Position numbers and translations under genes: made by a program. From Myxococcota bacterium (GTDB lineage: Bacteria > Myxococcota_A > UBA796 > CAJQPC01): DNA of 64,000 bases. The notes beneath the pieces were generated by a model. That model had not been told where the DNA came from and made no database searches. It worked only from the letters and a program-made list of their open reading frames with translations. How positions within the stretch are numbered: the first letter of the stretch is position 1; each line of letters begins with the position of its first letter. This document shows positions 18,197-27,935 of the stretch, one piece after another. The DNA is taken from positions 38,616 to 102,615 of the forward strand of contig JAZAMN010000036.1 of NCBI GenBank assembly GCA_036229005.1. Direction: 5' to 3'.

Positions 18197-19051
18197 TCAC
18201 AGACCCGGGAGGGAGATCCACCCAGCCGCCGCCGCACCCGCGAAGGCCGCGATGGCGAACAGGTAGGGCGAGAACCAGGAGAAGTCTCCGCGCTTGACCA
18301 GCTTCACCAGCAGCAGCAGGGCCAGATAGCCGCTCACCATCGAGGACAGGAAGCCGCCGCTCATCACCCCCAGGTCCAGGCTGGAGAGGTCCGCGTCCTT
18401 CGCGGTGAGCACGAATGCCCCGGAGATGGCTGGGATCGCCAGCAGGAAGGAGAAGCGGGCTGCGAGCTCGCGGTCCAATCCAAGGAACAACGCCACCGCG
18501 ATCGTGGTGCCCGAGCGGCTGATCCCCGGGGTGATGGCGAGGCCCTGCGCGACGCCGATGACCAGTGCGTGCCACCACTGGAGCTGTCCCTGGGACACCA
18601 CGGCCCGGGAGGACAGGCGCTCGCGCAGGCTGGCGAAGGGGCCGCCCCCCGGAGTGGTCAGGCGGGTCGCCAGGAGCAGCAGGCCCGTGATGCTGAAGGT
18701 CACGGCCAGCACGCCCAGGCCCGAGAAGAGCTCCTCGAAGACATCCTTGAACGCCACCCCGATGATGCCCGTGGGCACGGTCGCCAGCAGGACCATCAGC
18801 CCCAGGCGGGTGGAGGGGCGCTCACTGAGGGGCCCCCGCTCGGTGAAGGGTGCCTTGAGCATGCCCAGGATGTCGGCGCGGTAGACCCACAAGACAGGCA
18901 CCAGCGTGCCCACGTGGACCACCAGGTCGAAGAGGACGGTGTCCCCCACGACGGGGAAGATCTTGCCGAAGAGCACCAGGTGTCCAGAGCTGGACACGGG
19001 CAGGAACTCGGTGAGGCCCTGGATGAGGCCGAGCAGTAGAGCGGAGAGCAC
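18197..19051 (-). CDS. uppP: Undecaprenyl-diphosphatase
   Basis: IQGLTEFLPVSSSGHL and PGISRSGTTI, ARFSFLLAIP motifs. Confidence 0.96.
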   Translation of the reverse strand: MLSALLLGLIQGLTEFLPVSSSGHLVLFGKIFPVVGDTVLFDLVVHVGTLVPVLWVYRADILGMLKAPFTERGPLSERPSTRLGLMVLLATVPTGIIGVAFKDVFEELFSGLGVLAVTFSITGLLLLATRLTTPGGGPFASLRERLSSRAVVSQGQLQWWHALVIGVAQGLAITPGISRSGTTIAVALFLGLDRELAARFSFLLAIPAISGAFVLTAKDADLSSLDLGVMSGGFLSSMVSGYLALLLLVKLVKRGDFSWFSPYLFAIAAFAGAAAAGWISLPGL

Positions 19052-19086
19052 GCCCGCGTCTAACGCGGCGTGGTCTCAGATGGGGC

Positions 19087-19401
19087 CTACTCCGCCTTGA
19101 AGGTCTTGAGGTAGGCCACCAGGCTGTCCATCTCCTCGTCGCTGAGCTGCGGGAAGGGGGCCATCGGGGTGCCGGGCTTGCCCGCCTTGATGGAGGTCTT
19201 GAGGGCGTCGTCGCTGCGGCCGTCCCAGAATGCGGGCTTGGTGAAGTCCACGGGCTTGGGGGCCAGGGCCATCGCAGCGGGGCCCTCGCCGTTGCCGGCG
19301 TCTCCGTGGCAGGCCATGCAGTTCGCGGTGTAGACCTGCTTGCCGCGGTTCAGGTCCGCGCTCATGGTGGCGGTGGTGAGCATCAGGGTGAGCAGGGTCA
19401 T
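19087..19401 (-). CDS. Class I cytochrome c
   Basis: Signal peptide, CMACH, distal Met in GTPMAPF; AGGAGG RBS before ATG 19401. Confidence 0.9.
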   Translation of the reverse strand: MTLLTLMLTTATMSADLNRGKQVYTANCMACHGDAGNGEGPAAMALAPKPVDFTKPAFWDGRSDDALKTSIKAGKPGTPMAPFPQLSDEEMDSLVAYLKTFKAE

Positions 19402-19476
19402 GGGAACCTCCTGCGTCATTGTACGCGCTCCGGACCCCCTGTCTTCAACCGGCGGGTGCCCACGGCTCCCAGAGGC

Positions 19477-19896
19477 TCAGGGTCCCGTGGTCTTGGACTG
19501 GTCGGGGAGGGGAGTGCCGGGCTTGCGCTCTCCGCGGTCGAGCATCCCCAGGTAGCGGAGGACCAGGTCGGCGTCCTTGACCGGGTTCTGGAAGCTCTCC
19601 CGGAAGGCAGGCATGTCTCCCTTCCCGTTCAGGATGATGTCCACCTGGGCCTGCTGGGTCTCTGGGTCCATCTTCCCGCGCAGGTCGGGAACGCCCCCGG
19701 GCAGCGCAGCGGCTGCAGGGCCCTGGCCGTCGTTGGATTCGCCGTGGCAGGCCTGGCACTGCTCAACCCAGATCCGCATGCCCCGGACATCGTCCGGCTC
19801 CCGCTTCTTGGGGACACCCTTGGCGAAGGCCAAGCTGGCCACCATGGTGGACAGGACCAGGACCGGGAGCACTCGACGGAGGGGGGGCAGCGTCAT
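19477..19896 (-). CDS. Class I cytochrome c
   Basis: Signal peptide, CQACH, GKGDMPAF. Confidence 0.88.
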   Translation of the reverse strand: MTLPPLRRVLPVLVLSTMVASLAFAKGVPKKREPDDVRGMRIWVEQCQACHGESNDGQGPAAAALPGGVPDLRGKMDPETQQAQVDIILNGKGDMPAFRESFQNPVKDADLVLRYLGMLDRGERKPGTPLPDQSKTTGP

Positions 19897-20061
19897 GGTC
19901 TCAATCTAACGTGGCGCCGCACTGGGGGCGGGTTCGGCAAGAGAATCTCGCTTCTCCCTGGGCAATCAAGAGAGTGATCGCATTCTTTTTGACGCAGGCG
20001 ATCCCAAGGATTACCTATAGGGGGCCTCAGCGAGAGGCACCGAGAATCTCGGTCTTTGAAA

Positions 20062-20134
20062 GGGCGGGTAGCTCAGTTGGGAGAGCAGCAGTTTTACACA
20101 CTGCGGGTCACAGGTTCGAGCCCTGTTCCGCCCA
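20062..20134 (+). tRNA. trnV: tRNA-Val (TAC), CCA end not encoded
   Basis: GGGCGGGTAGCTCAGTTGGGAGAGCA GCAGT-TTTACAC-ACTGC ...GGTTCGAGCCC...CCGCCCA. Confidence 0.93.
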
Positions 20135-20164
20135 CTTCTCTCGCTTGAAGACTGCCTGATCTGT

Positions 20165-20241
<77 letters not shown>

Positions 20242-20245
20242 TCCT

Positions 20246-20277
20246 AAGCCGCCTTGCGCAAGCAGGGCGGCTTTTTG
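20246..20277 (+). terminator. Intrinsic terminator after tRNA-Asp copy 1
   Basis: AAGCCGCCTTGC-GCAA-GCAGGGCGGCTTTTT. Confidence 0.8.
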
Positions 20278-20365
20278 GCGTTTTCCCATAGGGTAGAGCC
20301 CCTTCTTTTATGAAGCGGCGCGTTCTTTGCGGGTGGGCGCTCCACAGCACCCCGCCTGAAATTCT

Positions 20366-20442
<77 letters not shown>

Positions 20443-20446
20443 TCCA

Positions 20447-20478
20447 AAGCCGTCCCTGCCTTGCAGGGGCGGCTTTTG
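20447..20478 (+). terminator. Intrinsic terminator after tRNA-Asp copy 2
   Basis: AAGCCGTCCCTGC-CTT-GCAGGGGCGGCTTTT. Confidence 0.75.
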
Positions 20479-20634
20479 GCGTTTCTGGGGGCAAGTGCCG
20501 GAGCGTGGTTGCTGGAGTGCGCCAGGGTGACCTCGGCTGGGGCAGAATGGCCCAGAGCAGAAAACGCGGACCAGAGGCCCGCGCGGTGGGGGAGGGGGCC
20601 CGGAGACCGAGATCCCTCCTCCTCGACCCTGAAC

Positions 20635-20919
20635 TCAGTCGTTCAGGGCGTCCTTGAGGGTCTTGCCGGGCTTGAAGCGCACGCCCTTGGAGGCGGCGAT
20701 GTCGATGACCTCCTTGGTCTGGGGGTTGCGGCCCTTGCGGGCTGCGCGCTCCGAGACGTTGAAGGTGCCGAAGCCGACGAGGGTGACCTTGTCGCCGTTG
20801 ACGAGGGCGCTGCGGATGCCGTCCGTCATGGCGCCGAGGGCCAGCTCAGCCTGGGCCTTCTTGATGCCAGCGGCGGCTGCGATCTGGTTGACGAGGTCGT
20901 TCTTGGTGATGGAGGCCAT
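20635..20919 (-). CDS. hup: DNA-binding protein HU
   Basis: TKNDLV...GFGTFNVSERAARKGRNPQT...FKPGKTLKD; downstream of lon. Confidence 0.95.
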   Translation of the reverse strand: MASITKNDLVNQIAAAAGIKKAQAELALGAMTDGIRSALVNGDKVTLVGFGTFNVSERAARKGRNPQTKEVIDIAASKGVRFKPGKTLKDALND

Positions 20920-21135
20920 GTGTCTGCTCCTGATGGGGTCGTGTCGAAGCGCGCCCCGATTCAGTCGGGGAACCCTGCACAATGCGGCGCTTTCACGAAA
21001 CTTCCTACCAACGCACCTCTTTCGATGTCAACGCAAGCATTCTTACAGCCCATGACGGTCTCAACGCGCCATAGAGGCGGATTGAGGCGGGAGATCGCGT
21101 AGATCGCCATCTCCCCTGGGCTGCATATCTGGGCC

Positions 21136-23553
21136 CTACTGGTGGGGAGGGGGCGTAGAACCTTGATTTTGAACGGCTTTTCGGAGCTCGAAGAGGTCAT
21201 CGGGGTTGTCGACGGCCAGTGCCGCGACCAGGACCTCGTCCATGTGGTGCACCGGCTGGATGCGTAGATCCTCCAACACGCGCGAGGGCACATCCTGCAG
21301 GTGGGGCTCGTTGTCAGCCGGTATCAACACGGTGCGGATGCCGGCCCGGTGGGCAGCGAGGAGCTTCTCCTTGAGCCCACCGATGGGGCGCACCTGCCCG
21401 CGCAGGGTGATCTCACCGGTCATCGCGATGGTTCGGCGGACCGGGATCCCGGTGACGGCGGAGACCACTGCGGTGGCGATGGTGATGCCGGCGGAGGGGC
21501 CGTCCACGCCCCAGAGCTCCGGGACGTGCACATGGACATCCAACTGCTGGTAGAAGTCCGGGGCGAGCCCCAGGTTGGCCGAGCGGCTGCGGATGTAGGT
21601 CACCGCGGCCTGTGAGCTCTCCTGGAAGACCTTGCCGAGCTTGCCGGTCAGGGTGGTCTTGCCTGAGCCGGGCACCGCGGCCGCCTCGATGGGGACCATG
21701 ACGCCGCCGGCCTCCGTCCAGGCGAGGCCCTGCACGAACCCGACCTCATCTTGATCGCTGACCTTGCCGTAGCGGAAACGCGGCGGCCCCAGGAGCTTGT
21801 CCAGGTTCCGGGAGGTCACCTTGAGCTCGATGTCGCTGCCCTCGCTGACCACCCGGCGGGCGACCTTGCGACAGACGGCGGCCACCTCGCGCTCCAGGTT
21901 CCGGACACCCGCCTCCTTGGTGTAGCGGCGGATCAGGAAGAGCACGGCCTGCTTGGTGATGAGCAGGTTCTCCGGCGCGATGCCGTGGTGCTTGAGCTGC
22001 TTGGGGAGCAGGTAGCGCTGGGTGATCGAGAGCTTCTCGTCTTCCGTGTAGCCGGGGAGCCGGATGATCTCGAGGCGGTCCTGGAGGGGCACCGGGATGC
22101 CGTGCAGGCTGTTCGCGGTGCAGACGAACATCACCTTGGACAGGTCGTAGTCCATGTCCAGGTAGTGGTCGTTGAAGCTGTCGTTCTGCTCTGGGTCCAG
22201 GACCTCCAGCAGGGCGGAGGACGGATCACCGCGGAAGTCGGACGACATCTTGTCGATCTCGTCCAGCAGGAACACGGGGTTCGAGGAGCCCGCGCGCTGC
22301 AGCGACTGCAGGACCTTGCCGGGGAGGGCGCCGATGTAGGTGCGGCGGTGCCCTCGGATCTCGGCCTCATCGCGCACGCCGCCCAGGGCCATGCGGACGA
22401 ACTCGCGGCCGGTGGCTCGGGCGATGGAGCGAGCGAGGGAGGTCTTGCCCACACCCGGTGGCCCAACAAGACACAGGATGGGGCCCTTCATCCGCTCCAC
22501 CAGCGTGGAGACGGCGAGGTATTCGAGGATGCGCTCCTTGATCTTGCGGAGACCGTAGTGGTCCTCGTCCAGGACCTGGGCCGCGAAGCGGATGTCCAGG
22601 CGCTCGTCCGTGTAGCGACCCCAGGGGAGGTCGAGCACGGTGTCGATGTAGGTGCGCACGACGTTGGCCTCGGCCGACATCGGGCTCATCATCTTGAGCT
22701 TGCGCAGCTCCCGCAGCAGGCGGTCCTGAACGGGCTCCGGGACGCGCTCGTCCCGGATGCGGGTCTCGAGCTCGACCATCTCGTTCTTGATCTCGTCCTT
22801 GTCGCCCAGCTCCTTCTGGATCGCCTGCATCTGCTCGTTCAGGTAGTACTCCTTCTGGGAGCGCTCCATCTGCTTCTTGACGCGGCTCTTGATCTTGCGC
22901 TCGACCTCGAGGATCTCGATCTCACCCTGCAGGTGGGTGTAGATGGACTCCAGGCGCTTGTTGGGGTCGAACTGCTCCAGCAGCTCCTGGCGCTGATCCA
23001 GCTTGAGCCGGAGGTTGGGCACCAGGGTGTCAGCGAGCTGGCTGGGCTCCTCGATGGAGTTGATGGTCAGGCGCATCTCGGGCGCCACGGCCTTGTCCAG
23101 GCGGCTGTAGGCCTCGAAGGTGGTCCGCACCTGGCGCATCAGGGCGGCGGACTCGCTGGGAGACCCGCTCACCGGGATGCGGTTGACCTCGACCTCGAAG
23201 TGGCCCTCGGTCTGGGAGTAGCGCAGGATCTGGGCGCGCTCGCGGCCCTCGACCAGCACCTTGATGGTGCCGTCAGGGAGCTTGAGCATCTGGATGATCT
23301 TGGCGATGCAGCCGACCTCCCGGATGTCCGAGACCTCTGGGTCCGCGGTGCGCGCCTCGCGCTGGGTGGCCAGCACCAGGGTCTTCCCGTGGGCCTTGGA
23401 GGCCTGCAGGGTGGCGATCGACTTCTCCCGGCCCACGATGAGGGGGACCACCATGTGCGGGAAGACGACCAGGTCTCGGAGGGGGAGCAGGGGAAGCCGC
23501 TCAGCGGTCCCCTTGCGGTCGGAAAAGAGCATTTGTGCCTCGTGCCCGCTCAC
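21136..23553 (-). CDS. lon: ATP-dependent Lon protease
   Basis: [13 protein letters not shown]; Walker [25 protein letters not shown]; catalytic DGPSAG and GGLKEK (alternative start 23532). Confidence 0.98.
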   Translation of the reverse strand: MSGHEAQMLFSDRKGTAERLPLLPLRDLVVFPHMVVPLIVGREKSIATLQASKAHGKTLVLATQREARTADPEVSDIREVGCIAKIIQMLKLPDGTIKVLVEGRERAQILRYSQTEGHFEVEVNRIPVSGSPSESAALMRQVRTTFEAYSRLDKAVAPEMRLTINSIEEPSQLADTLVPNLRLKLDQRQELLEQFDPNKRLESIYTHLQGEIEILEVERKIKSRVKKQMERSQKEYYLNEQMQAIQKELGDKDEIKNEMVELETRIRDERVPEPVQDRLLRELRKLKMMSPMSAEANVVRTYIDTVLDLPWGRYTDERLDIRFAAQVLDEDHYGLRKIKERILEYLAVSTLVERMKGPILCLVGPPGVGKTSLARSIARATGREFVRMALGGVRDEAEIRGHRRTYIGALPGKVLQSLQRAGSSNPVFLLDEIDKMSSDFRGDPSSALLEVLDPEQNDSFNDHYLDMDYDLSKVMFVCTANSLHGIPVPLQDRLEIIRLPGYTEDEKLSITQRYLLPKQLKHHGIAPENLLITKQAVLFLIRRYTKEAGVRNLEREVAAVCRKVARRVVSEGSDIELKVTSRNLDKLLGPPRFRYGKVSDQDEVGFVQGLAWTEAGGVMVPIEAAAVPGSGKTTLTGKLGKVFQESSQAAVTYIRSRSANLGLAPDFYQQLDVHVHVPELWGVDGPSAGITIATAVVSAVTGIPVRRTIAMTGEITLRGQVRPIGGLKEKLLAAHRAGIRTVLIPADNEPHLQDVPSRVLEDLRIQPVHHMDEVLVAALAVDNPDDLFELRKAVQNQGSTPPPHQ

Positions 23554-23615
23554 AGCTTAGCGGCCGGATGGGGCCTCAGGCGAGCAAGGCCCAGAAAGCA
23601 AGGCCTGAATCAGGA

Positions 23616-24890
23616 TCAGGCTTTGCTTCGGTTGGAGTCCTCGGACCAGTCTCCCTCGGTCTCGTAGACGAGCACCGGGGGCTTCCGGCCGGCGACAACA
23701 TCCTCCGAGAGGATGCACTCCTTGATGTTGGCCTTGGAGGGGATGTCGTACATGACATCCAGCATCAGCTCCTCCATGATGCTCCGCAGTCCGCGCGCGC
23801 CGGTCTTGCGCTTGAGCGCTTCGGCAGCGATGGCGCGCAGGGAGTCGTCGGTGAACTTGAGCTGCACGCCCTCCATCTCGAAGAGCTTCTCGTACTGACG
23901 GACCAGGGCGTTCCGGGGACGGGTGAGGATCTCCACGAGGGTGTCCTCGTCCAGCTCGTCCAGGGTGGCCAGCACGGGCACGCGGCCCAGGAACTCGGGG
24001 ATCATGCCAAAGCGCAGCAGATCCTCTGTCTCGCAGTGCTGCAGAAGCTGGCCCTTGTTCAGCTCGGTCTTGGCGTTGACCGTGGCGCCGAAGCCGATCG
24101 CGGACTTGTTCACCCGCTCCTCGACCAGCTTGTCCAGGCCCACGAACGCGCCACCACAGATGAACAGGATGTTCGTGGTGTCGATCTGCAGGAACTCCTG
24201 CTGGGGGTGCTTGCGGCCGCCCTTGGGGGGGACGTTGGCCACGGTGCCTTCCACCAGCTTGAGCAGCGCCTGCTGCACGCCCTCGCCCGAGACATCCCGC
24301 GTGATGCTGGGGTTCTCGGACTTGCGCGAGACCTTGTCGATCTCGTCGATGTAGATGATCCCCTTCATGGTCCGCTCGACGTTGTATTCGGCGGCCTGGA
24401 AGAGGCTCAGGATGACGTTCTCGACGTCCTCGCCCACGTAGCCGGCCTCGGTCAGGGAGGTCGCGTCCACGATGGTGAAGGGGACGTTCAAGAAGCGGGC
24501 GAGGGTCTGCGCCAGCAGGGTCTTGCCCGTACCGGTGGGACCCACGAGCAGGATGTTCGACTTCTGCAGCTCCACGTCGTCGTGGGAGTTGCGGGCATCG
24601 ATCCGCTTGTAGTGGTTGTGGACGGCCACCGACAGCACCTTCTTGGCCCGCTCCTGGCCAATGATGTACTGATCAAGGTGGGCCTTGATGTCCTTGGGCT
24701 TGGGGACCAGAGCCCGAGACGCGTAGTAGTCCTCGCGCTCGTACTCCTCGGTGATGATCTCGTTGCACAGCTCGACGCACTCGTCGCAGATGTACACCGA
24801 GGGTCCGGCGATGAGCTTCCGCACTTCCTTCTGGGGCTTGCCGCAGAAAGAGCAAGAGAGCTCCTTGGTGTCCTGGCCGCGTCGACGCAC
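23616..24890 (-). CDS. clpX: ATP-dependent Clp protease ATP-binding subunit ClpX
   Basis: CSFCGK...CDEC zinc finger, [29 protein letters not shown] loop. Confidence 0.98.
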   Translation of the reverse strand: MRRRGQDTKELSCSFCGKPQKEVRKLIAGPSVYICDECVELCNEIITEEYEREDYYASRALVPKPKDIKAHLDQYIIGQERAKKVLSVAVHNHYKRIDARNSHDDVELQKSNILLVGPTGTGKTLLAQTLARFLNVPFTIVDATSLTEAGYVGEDVENVILSLFQAAEYNVERTMKGIIYIDEIDKVSRKSENPSITRDVSGEGVQQALLKLVEGTVANVPPKGGRKHPQQEFLQIDTTNILFICGGAFVGLDKLVEERVNKSAIGFGATVNAKTELNKGQLLQHCETEDLLRFGMIPEFLGRVPVLATLDELDEDTLVEILTRPRNALVRQYEKLFEMEGVQLKFTDDSLRAIAAEALKRKTGARGLRSIMEELMLDVMYDIPSKANIKECILSEDVVAGRKPPVLVYETEGDWSEDSNRSKA

Positions 24891-24995
24891 CGCTCCTCCG
24901 GTCCACTTGGCTTGGGGTGGGGCAGCGCCCCGAAAAGGTCGAGGGCCCCAAGCGCTTGACGGCAGTCACCGTCCCACACTTGAGGCCCTTTGGAA

Positions 24996-25610
24996 TCAGG
25001 GGGTCGCGCCGGTTCCGGGGCGCGCGAGGACCTCGTCCACGAGGCCGTAGTCCATGGCCTCCTGAGCGGTCATGAAGTTGTCCCGGTCGGTGTCGTTGGT
25101 CACGGTCTCGAGATCCTTGCCGGAGGCGTTGGCCAGCTCCTGGTTCAGGATCTTCTTCCACCGCAGGATCTCGCGGGCGGTGATCTCGATGTCCGAGGCC
25201 TGGCCGCCGACGCCGCGCATGTGGGGCTGGTGGATCATGACCCGGGCGTTGGGCAGGATGCGCCGCTTGCCCTTCTCACCGCCGGACAGCAGCACCGCGC
25301 CCATGGAGGCGGCCATGCCCACGCAGATGGTGGAGACGGGCGCCTTGATGAAGCGCATGGTGTCCAGGATGGCCATGCCATCGCTCACCGAGCCGCCGGG
25401 GCTGTTGATGTACATGTAGATGTCCTTCTCGGGATCCTGGGACTCCAGGAAGAGAAGGGTGGCGATGATGCCGTTGGCCACCTGCGCGTCGATCGGGGTG
25501 CCCAGGAAGATGATCCGGTCCTTGAGCAGACGGCTGTAGATGTCCATCCGGCTCTCTTGGCCGCGGACGTTCTCGGTGACGTAGGGGAGGAAGTTGTTCT
25601 GGGGCTTCAT
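24996..25610 (-). CDS. clpP: ATP-dependent Clp protease proteolytic subunit
   Basis: [35 protein letters not shown]. Confidence 0.98.
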   Translation of the reverse strand: MKPQNNFLPYVTENVRGQESRMDIYSRLLKDRIIFLGTPIDAQVANGIIATLLFLESQDPEKDIYMYINSPGGSVSDGMAILDTMRFIKAPVSTICVGMAASMGAVLLSGGEKGKRRILPNARVMIHQPHMRGVGGQASDIEITAREILRWKKILNQELANASGKDLETVTNDTDRDNFMTAQEAMDYGLVDEVLARPGTGATP

Positions 25611-25839
25611 TGGGTCTCCGACAGGAAGAGAGGGCCATCAAGCTGGGCACGGATTCGCCAGACGTAAAGGGGGGCGCCGTCCAACTGGCGTAACGGAGGT
25701 CGATCTCCTTGCCAACGCCCGGGGGGCTGGACTGTGAGCGCGAACACCACGTCAGAGCAGAACGGGCCGACCCAAGGCCGACCCGCTCTGTTTCGGATGC
25801 CTTCAAGCGAGGCTTGAGGGCGTTTGGCAGGCGCCAGGC

Positions 25840-27354
25840 TCAGCCCTGCTGCAGCAGGGCGATGAGCTCGTCCTTCTTGAGCTTGGAGTAGCCCTTGAGA
25901 CCGCGCTCCTTGGCCATGGCCTTGAGCTCGGCGGAGGTCATGCCGGAGAGATCCTGCTCAGCGGCCGCGGGCTCCTCAGCGGGGGCCTCCTCGGCTGCGG
26001 GGGTGGCCTCGGCTGCGGCCTCGACGGTCTCCTCGACTGCGGGAGCGGCCTCTGCAGCGGGAGCAGCAGCGGCGGGGTCCACGTAGTTGAGCTCAGCGCG
26101 CTCGAGCAGCCAGTCCAGGGTCTTCTCCTCAAGCAGGCGGTCGCGCAGGTCTTCGACCGCGCCCTCCTTCTCGAAGTAGCCGCGGATGGCCTCGATGCGC
26201 TGGCCGCGAGCGTCGGCGATCTCCTGGTACTTGGCCTCGATCTCCTCGTCGGAGACGGCGATCTCCTCCTTCTTGGAGACGTGGTCCAGGATCAGGCTGG
26301 CCTTGGCGGCGAAGGTGGCGCGACCACGGTAGTCGGCCATCTCGGCGTCGGTGGGCTTCCAGTTGCGGACGTCCTGGCCGGAGTAGGCACGCTGGATGCG
26401 CAGCTCCTCGAGCAGGGCGCGGAGCTGCTGGTCCACGAGGCCGGCGGGGGCGTCGAAGCTGTTGGAGTCGATCAGCTTCTGGAGGAGGTTGGCGCGGGCC
26501 TGGTTGCGGGCCTGGCCGTTGGCGTTCTCCTCGAGCTGAGCGGTGATGGCTGCGCGCATGCCTGCGGCGCCGCCCTCGTAGCCCATCTCCTCAGCGACCT
26601 CGTCGGAGAGCTCGGGGGTGCTCATGGCCTGGATGCCGCTGACCTTGACCTTGACGTCCAGGGTCTTGCCTGCGAGGTCGTCGAGCTGCGCGTCATCGGC
26701 GAAGCTCACGGCCTTGAGGGTCTTGGCCTTGCCGCCCTGCTTGAGGCCGACGAGCTGCGTGTGGAGGCCCTTGTAGTAGGTCTCCCGCACGGTATCGATC
26801 AGGGTGCCGGGGTGGGAGTGCACGACCTCGCCGTCGGCGGAGGCCTCCAGCTCCACGAGCACCTTGTCGCCGAGCTGCACGTCCTTCCGGTCGGTGACCT
26901 CGGACAGCACGGACTGGCCGGAGAGGCGGGCCTTGATGTTGGCCTCGACCGCGTCCTCGGAGATCGTGATCTGGGGGAAGTCGACGGTGACGCCGGTGTA
27001 CTCACCCAGCTCCAGCTCGGGGCGGACCTCGAGGAGGATGGCGAAGCTGAAGTCCTGGCCGGACTTGATCTCGCCGCGATCCGCGATCTGCGGCTGACCG
27101 AAGAACTCCAGGTCAGCAGCGTGCTTGCGGAAAGCCTTGTTGATCAGGTCGCTGGCGACGTCGGCCTTGACCCGCTGGCCAAAGCGCTGCTCGAGCACCT
27201 TGCGGGGGGTCTTGCCGGGACGGAAGCCGGGGAGACGGGCGTTCTTCTGCAGGGACTTGAAAGCGCGGTTCAGCTCGGAAGTGACCTGCTGGCCGGGAAC
27301 GGTGAAGCTGAGCTTGCGCTGGATCGCGCTGACCTGCTCGGACTGGAACTCCAT
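25840..27354 (-). CDS. tig: Trigger factor with a C-terminal Rho-N-like helical extension
   Basis: Ribosome-binding motif LPGFRPGKTP; conserved position upstream of clpP; start MEFQSEQ after GAGGAG. Confidence 0.93.
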   Translation of the reverse strand: MEFQSEQVSAIQRKLSFTVPGQQVTSELNRAFKSLQKNARLPGFRPGKTPRKVLEQRFGQRVKADVASDLINKAFRKHAADLEFFGQPQIADRGEIKSGQDFSFAILLEVRPELELGEYTGVTVDFPQITISEDAVEANIKARLSGQSVLSEVTDRKDVQLGDKVLVELEASADGEVVHSHPGTLIDTVRETYYKGLHTQLVGLKQGGKAKTLKAVSFADDAQLDDLAGKTLDVKVKVSGIQAMSTPELSDEVAEEMGYEGGAAGMRAAITAQLEENANGQARNQARANLLQKLIDSNSFDAPAGLVDQQLRALLEELRIQRAYSGQDVRNWKPTDAEMADYRGRATFAAKASLILDHVSKKEEIAVSDEEIEAKYQEIADARGQRIEAIRGYFEKEGAVEDLRDRLLEEKTLDWLLERAELNYVDPAAAAPAAEAAPAVEETVEAAAEATPAAEEAPAEEPAAAEQDLSGMTSAELKAMAKERGLKGYSKLKKDELIALLQQG

Positions 27355-27396
27355 GGACTCCTCTCGGGCATGGGATGTACATTCGGAGATTACGTG

Positions 27397-27482
27397 TGGT
27401 GCGAGAGGGGGGACTCGAACCCCCACGGGGATTACCCACTGGTGCCTAAAACCAGCGCGTCTACCAGTTCCGCCACCCTCGC
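27397..27482 (-). tRNA. trnL: tRNA-Leu (TAG)
   Basis: Reverse complement GCGAGGGTGGCGGAACTGGTAGACGCG CTGGT-TTTAGGC-ACCAG, long variable arm, CCA end. Confidence 0.95.
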
Positions 27483-27604
27483 AGGGCCACGTCAGAGATC
27501 GAAGCGCCGCAGGGAGCCTGCAGCGCGGCCACGACCGTTAACACCCAGCGCAGAGAAGGGCGAATCGGTCGGGGCAAAAGGACAGACAGACCCCAGAAAC
27601 GAGA

Positions 27605-27630
27605 ACACCCCCTGCCGAAGCAGGGGGTGT
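27605..27630 (-). terminator. Hairpin downstream of tRNA-Lys
   Basis: ACACCCCCTGC-CGAA-GCAGGGGGTGT (UUCG loop on the minus strand). Confidence 0.65.
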
Positions 27631-27635
27631 CAGGA

Positions 27636-27711
27636 TGGTGGGCCCACCAGGACTCGAACCTGGAACCAACGGATTAAGAGTCCGGTGCTCTACCAATTGA
27701 GCTATAGGCCC
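27636..27711 (-). tRNA. trnK: tRNA-Lys (CTT)
   Basis: Reverse complement GGGCCTATAGCTCAATTGGTAGAGCA CCGGA-CTCTTAA-TCCGT ...GGCCCACCA. Confidence 0.95.
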
Positions 27712-27721
27712 ACGTCAAAAA

Positions 27722-27798
27722 TGGGGTGGATGATGGGGCTTGAACCCACGACCCTCGGAACCACAATCCGATGCTCTACCAACTGAGCTACACCCACC
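27722..27798 (-). tRNA. trnH: tRNA-His (GTG) with encoded G-1
   Basis: Reverse complement GGTGGGTGTAGCTCAGTTGGTAGAGCA TCGGA-TTGTGGT-TCCGA ...CATCCACCCCA. Confidence 0.95.
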
Positions 27799-27935
27799 AC
27801 GTTTGCGCGTGGCACCCGGGGGTCTGGAGTCGGCTGGCGGGTCGTTGACTCGCCGTTTTCGCCGGCCCCTCTCTCCGAGGCCCCCGCTATTTAATGCCTT
27901 CGGAACTCTTGGCAAGGCTCAAGGATCGCATCCGA

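Noticed and set aside
25640..25665. Sigma54-like GGCACG sequence upstream of clpP
   Set aside because: Wrong orientation; on the coding strand the GG-GC spacing is 9 rather than 10 nt
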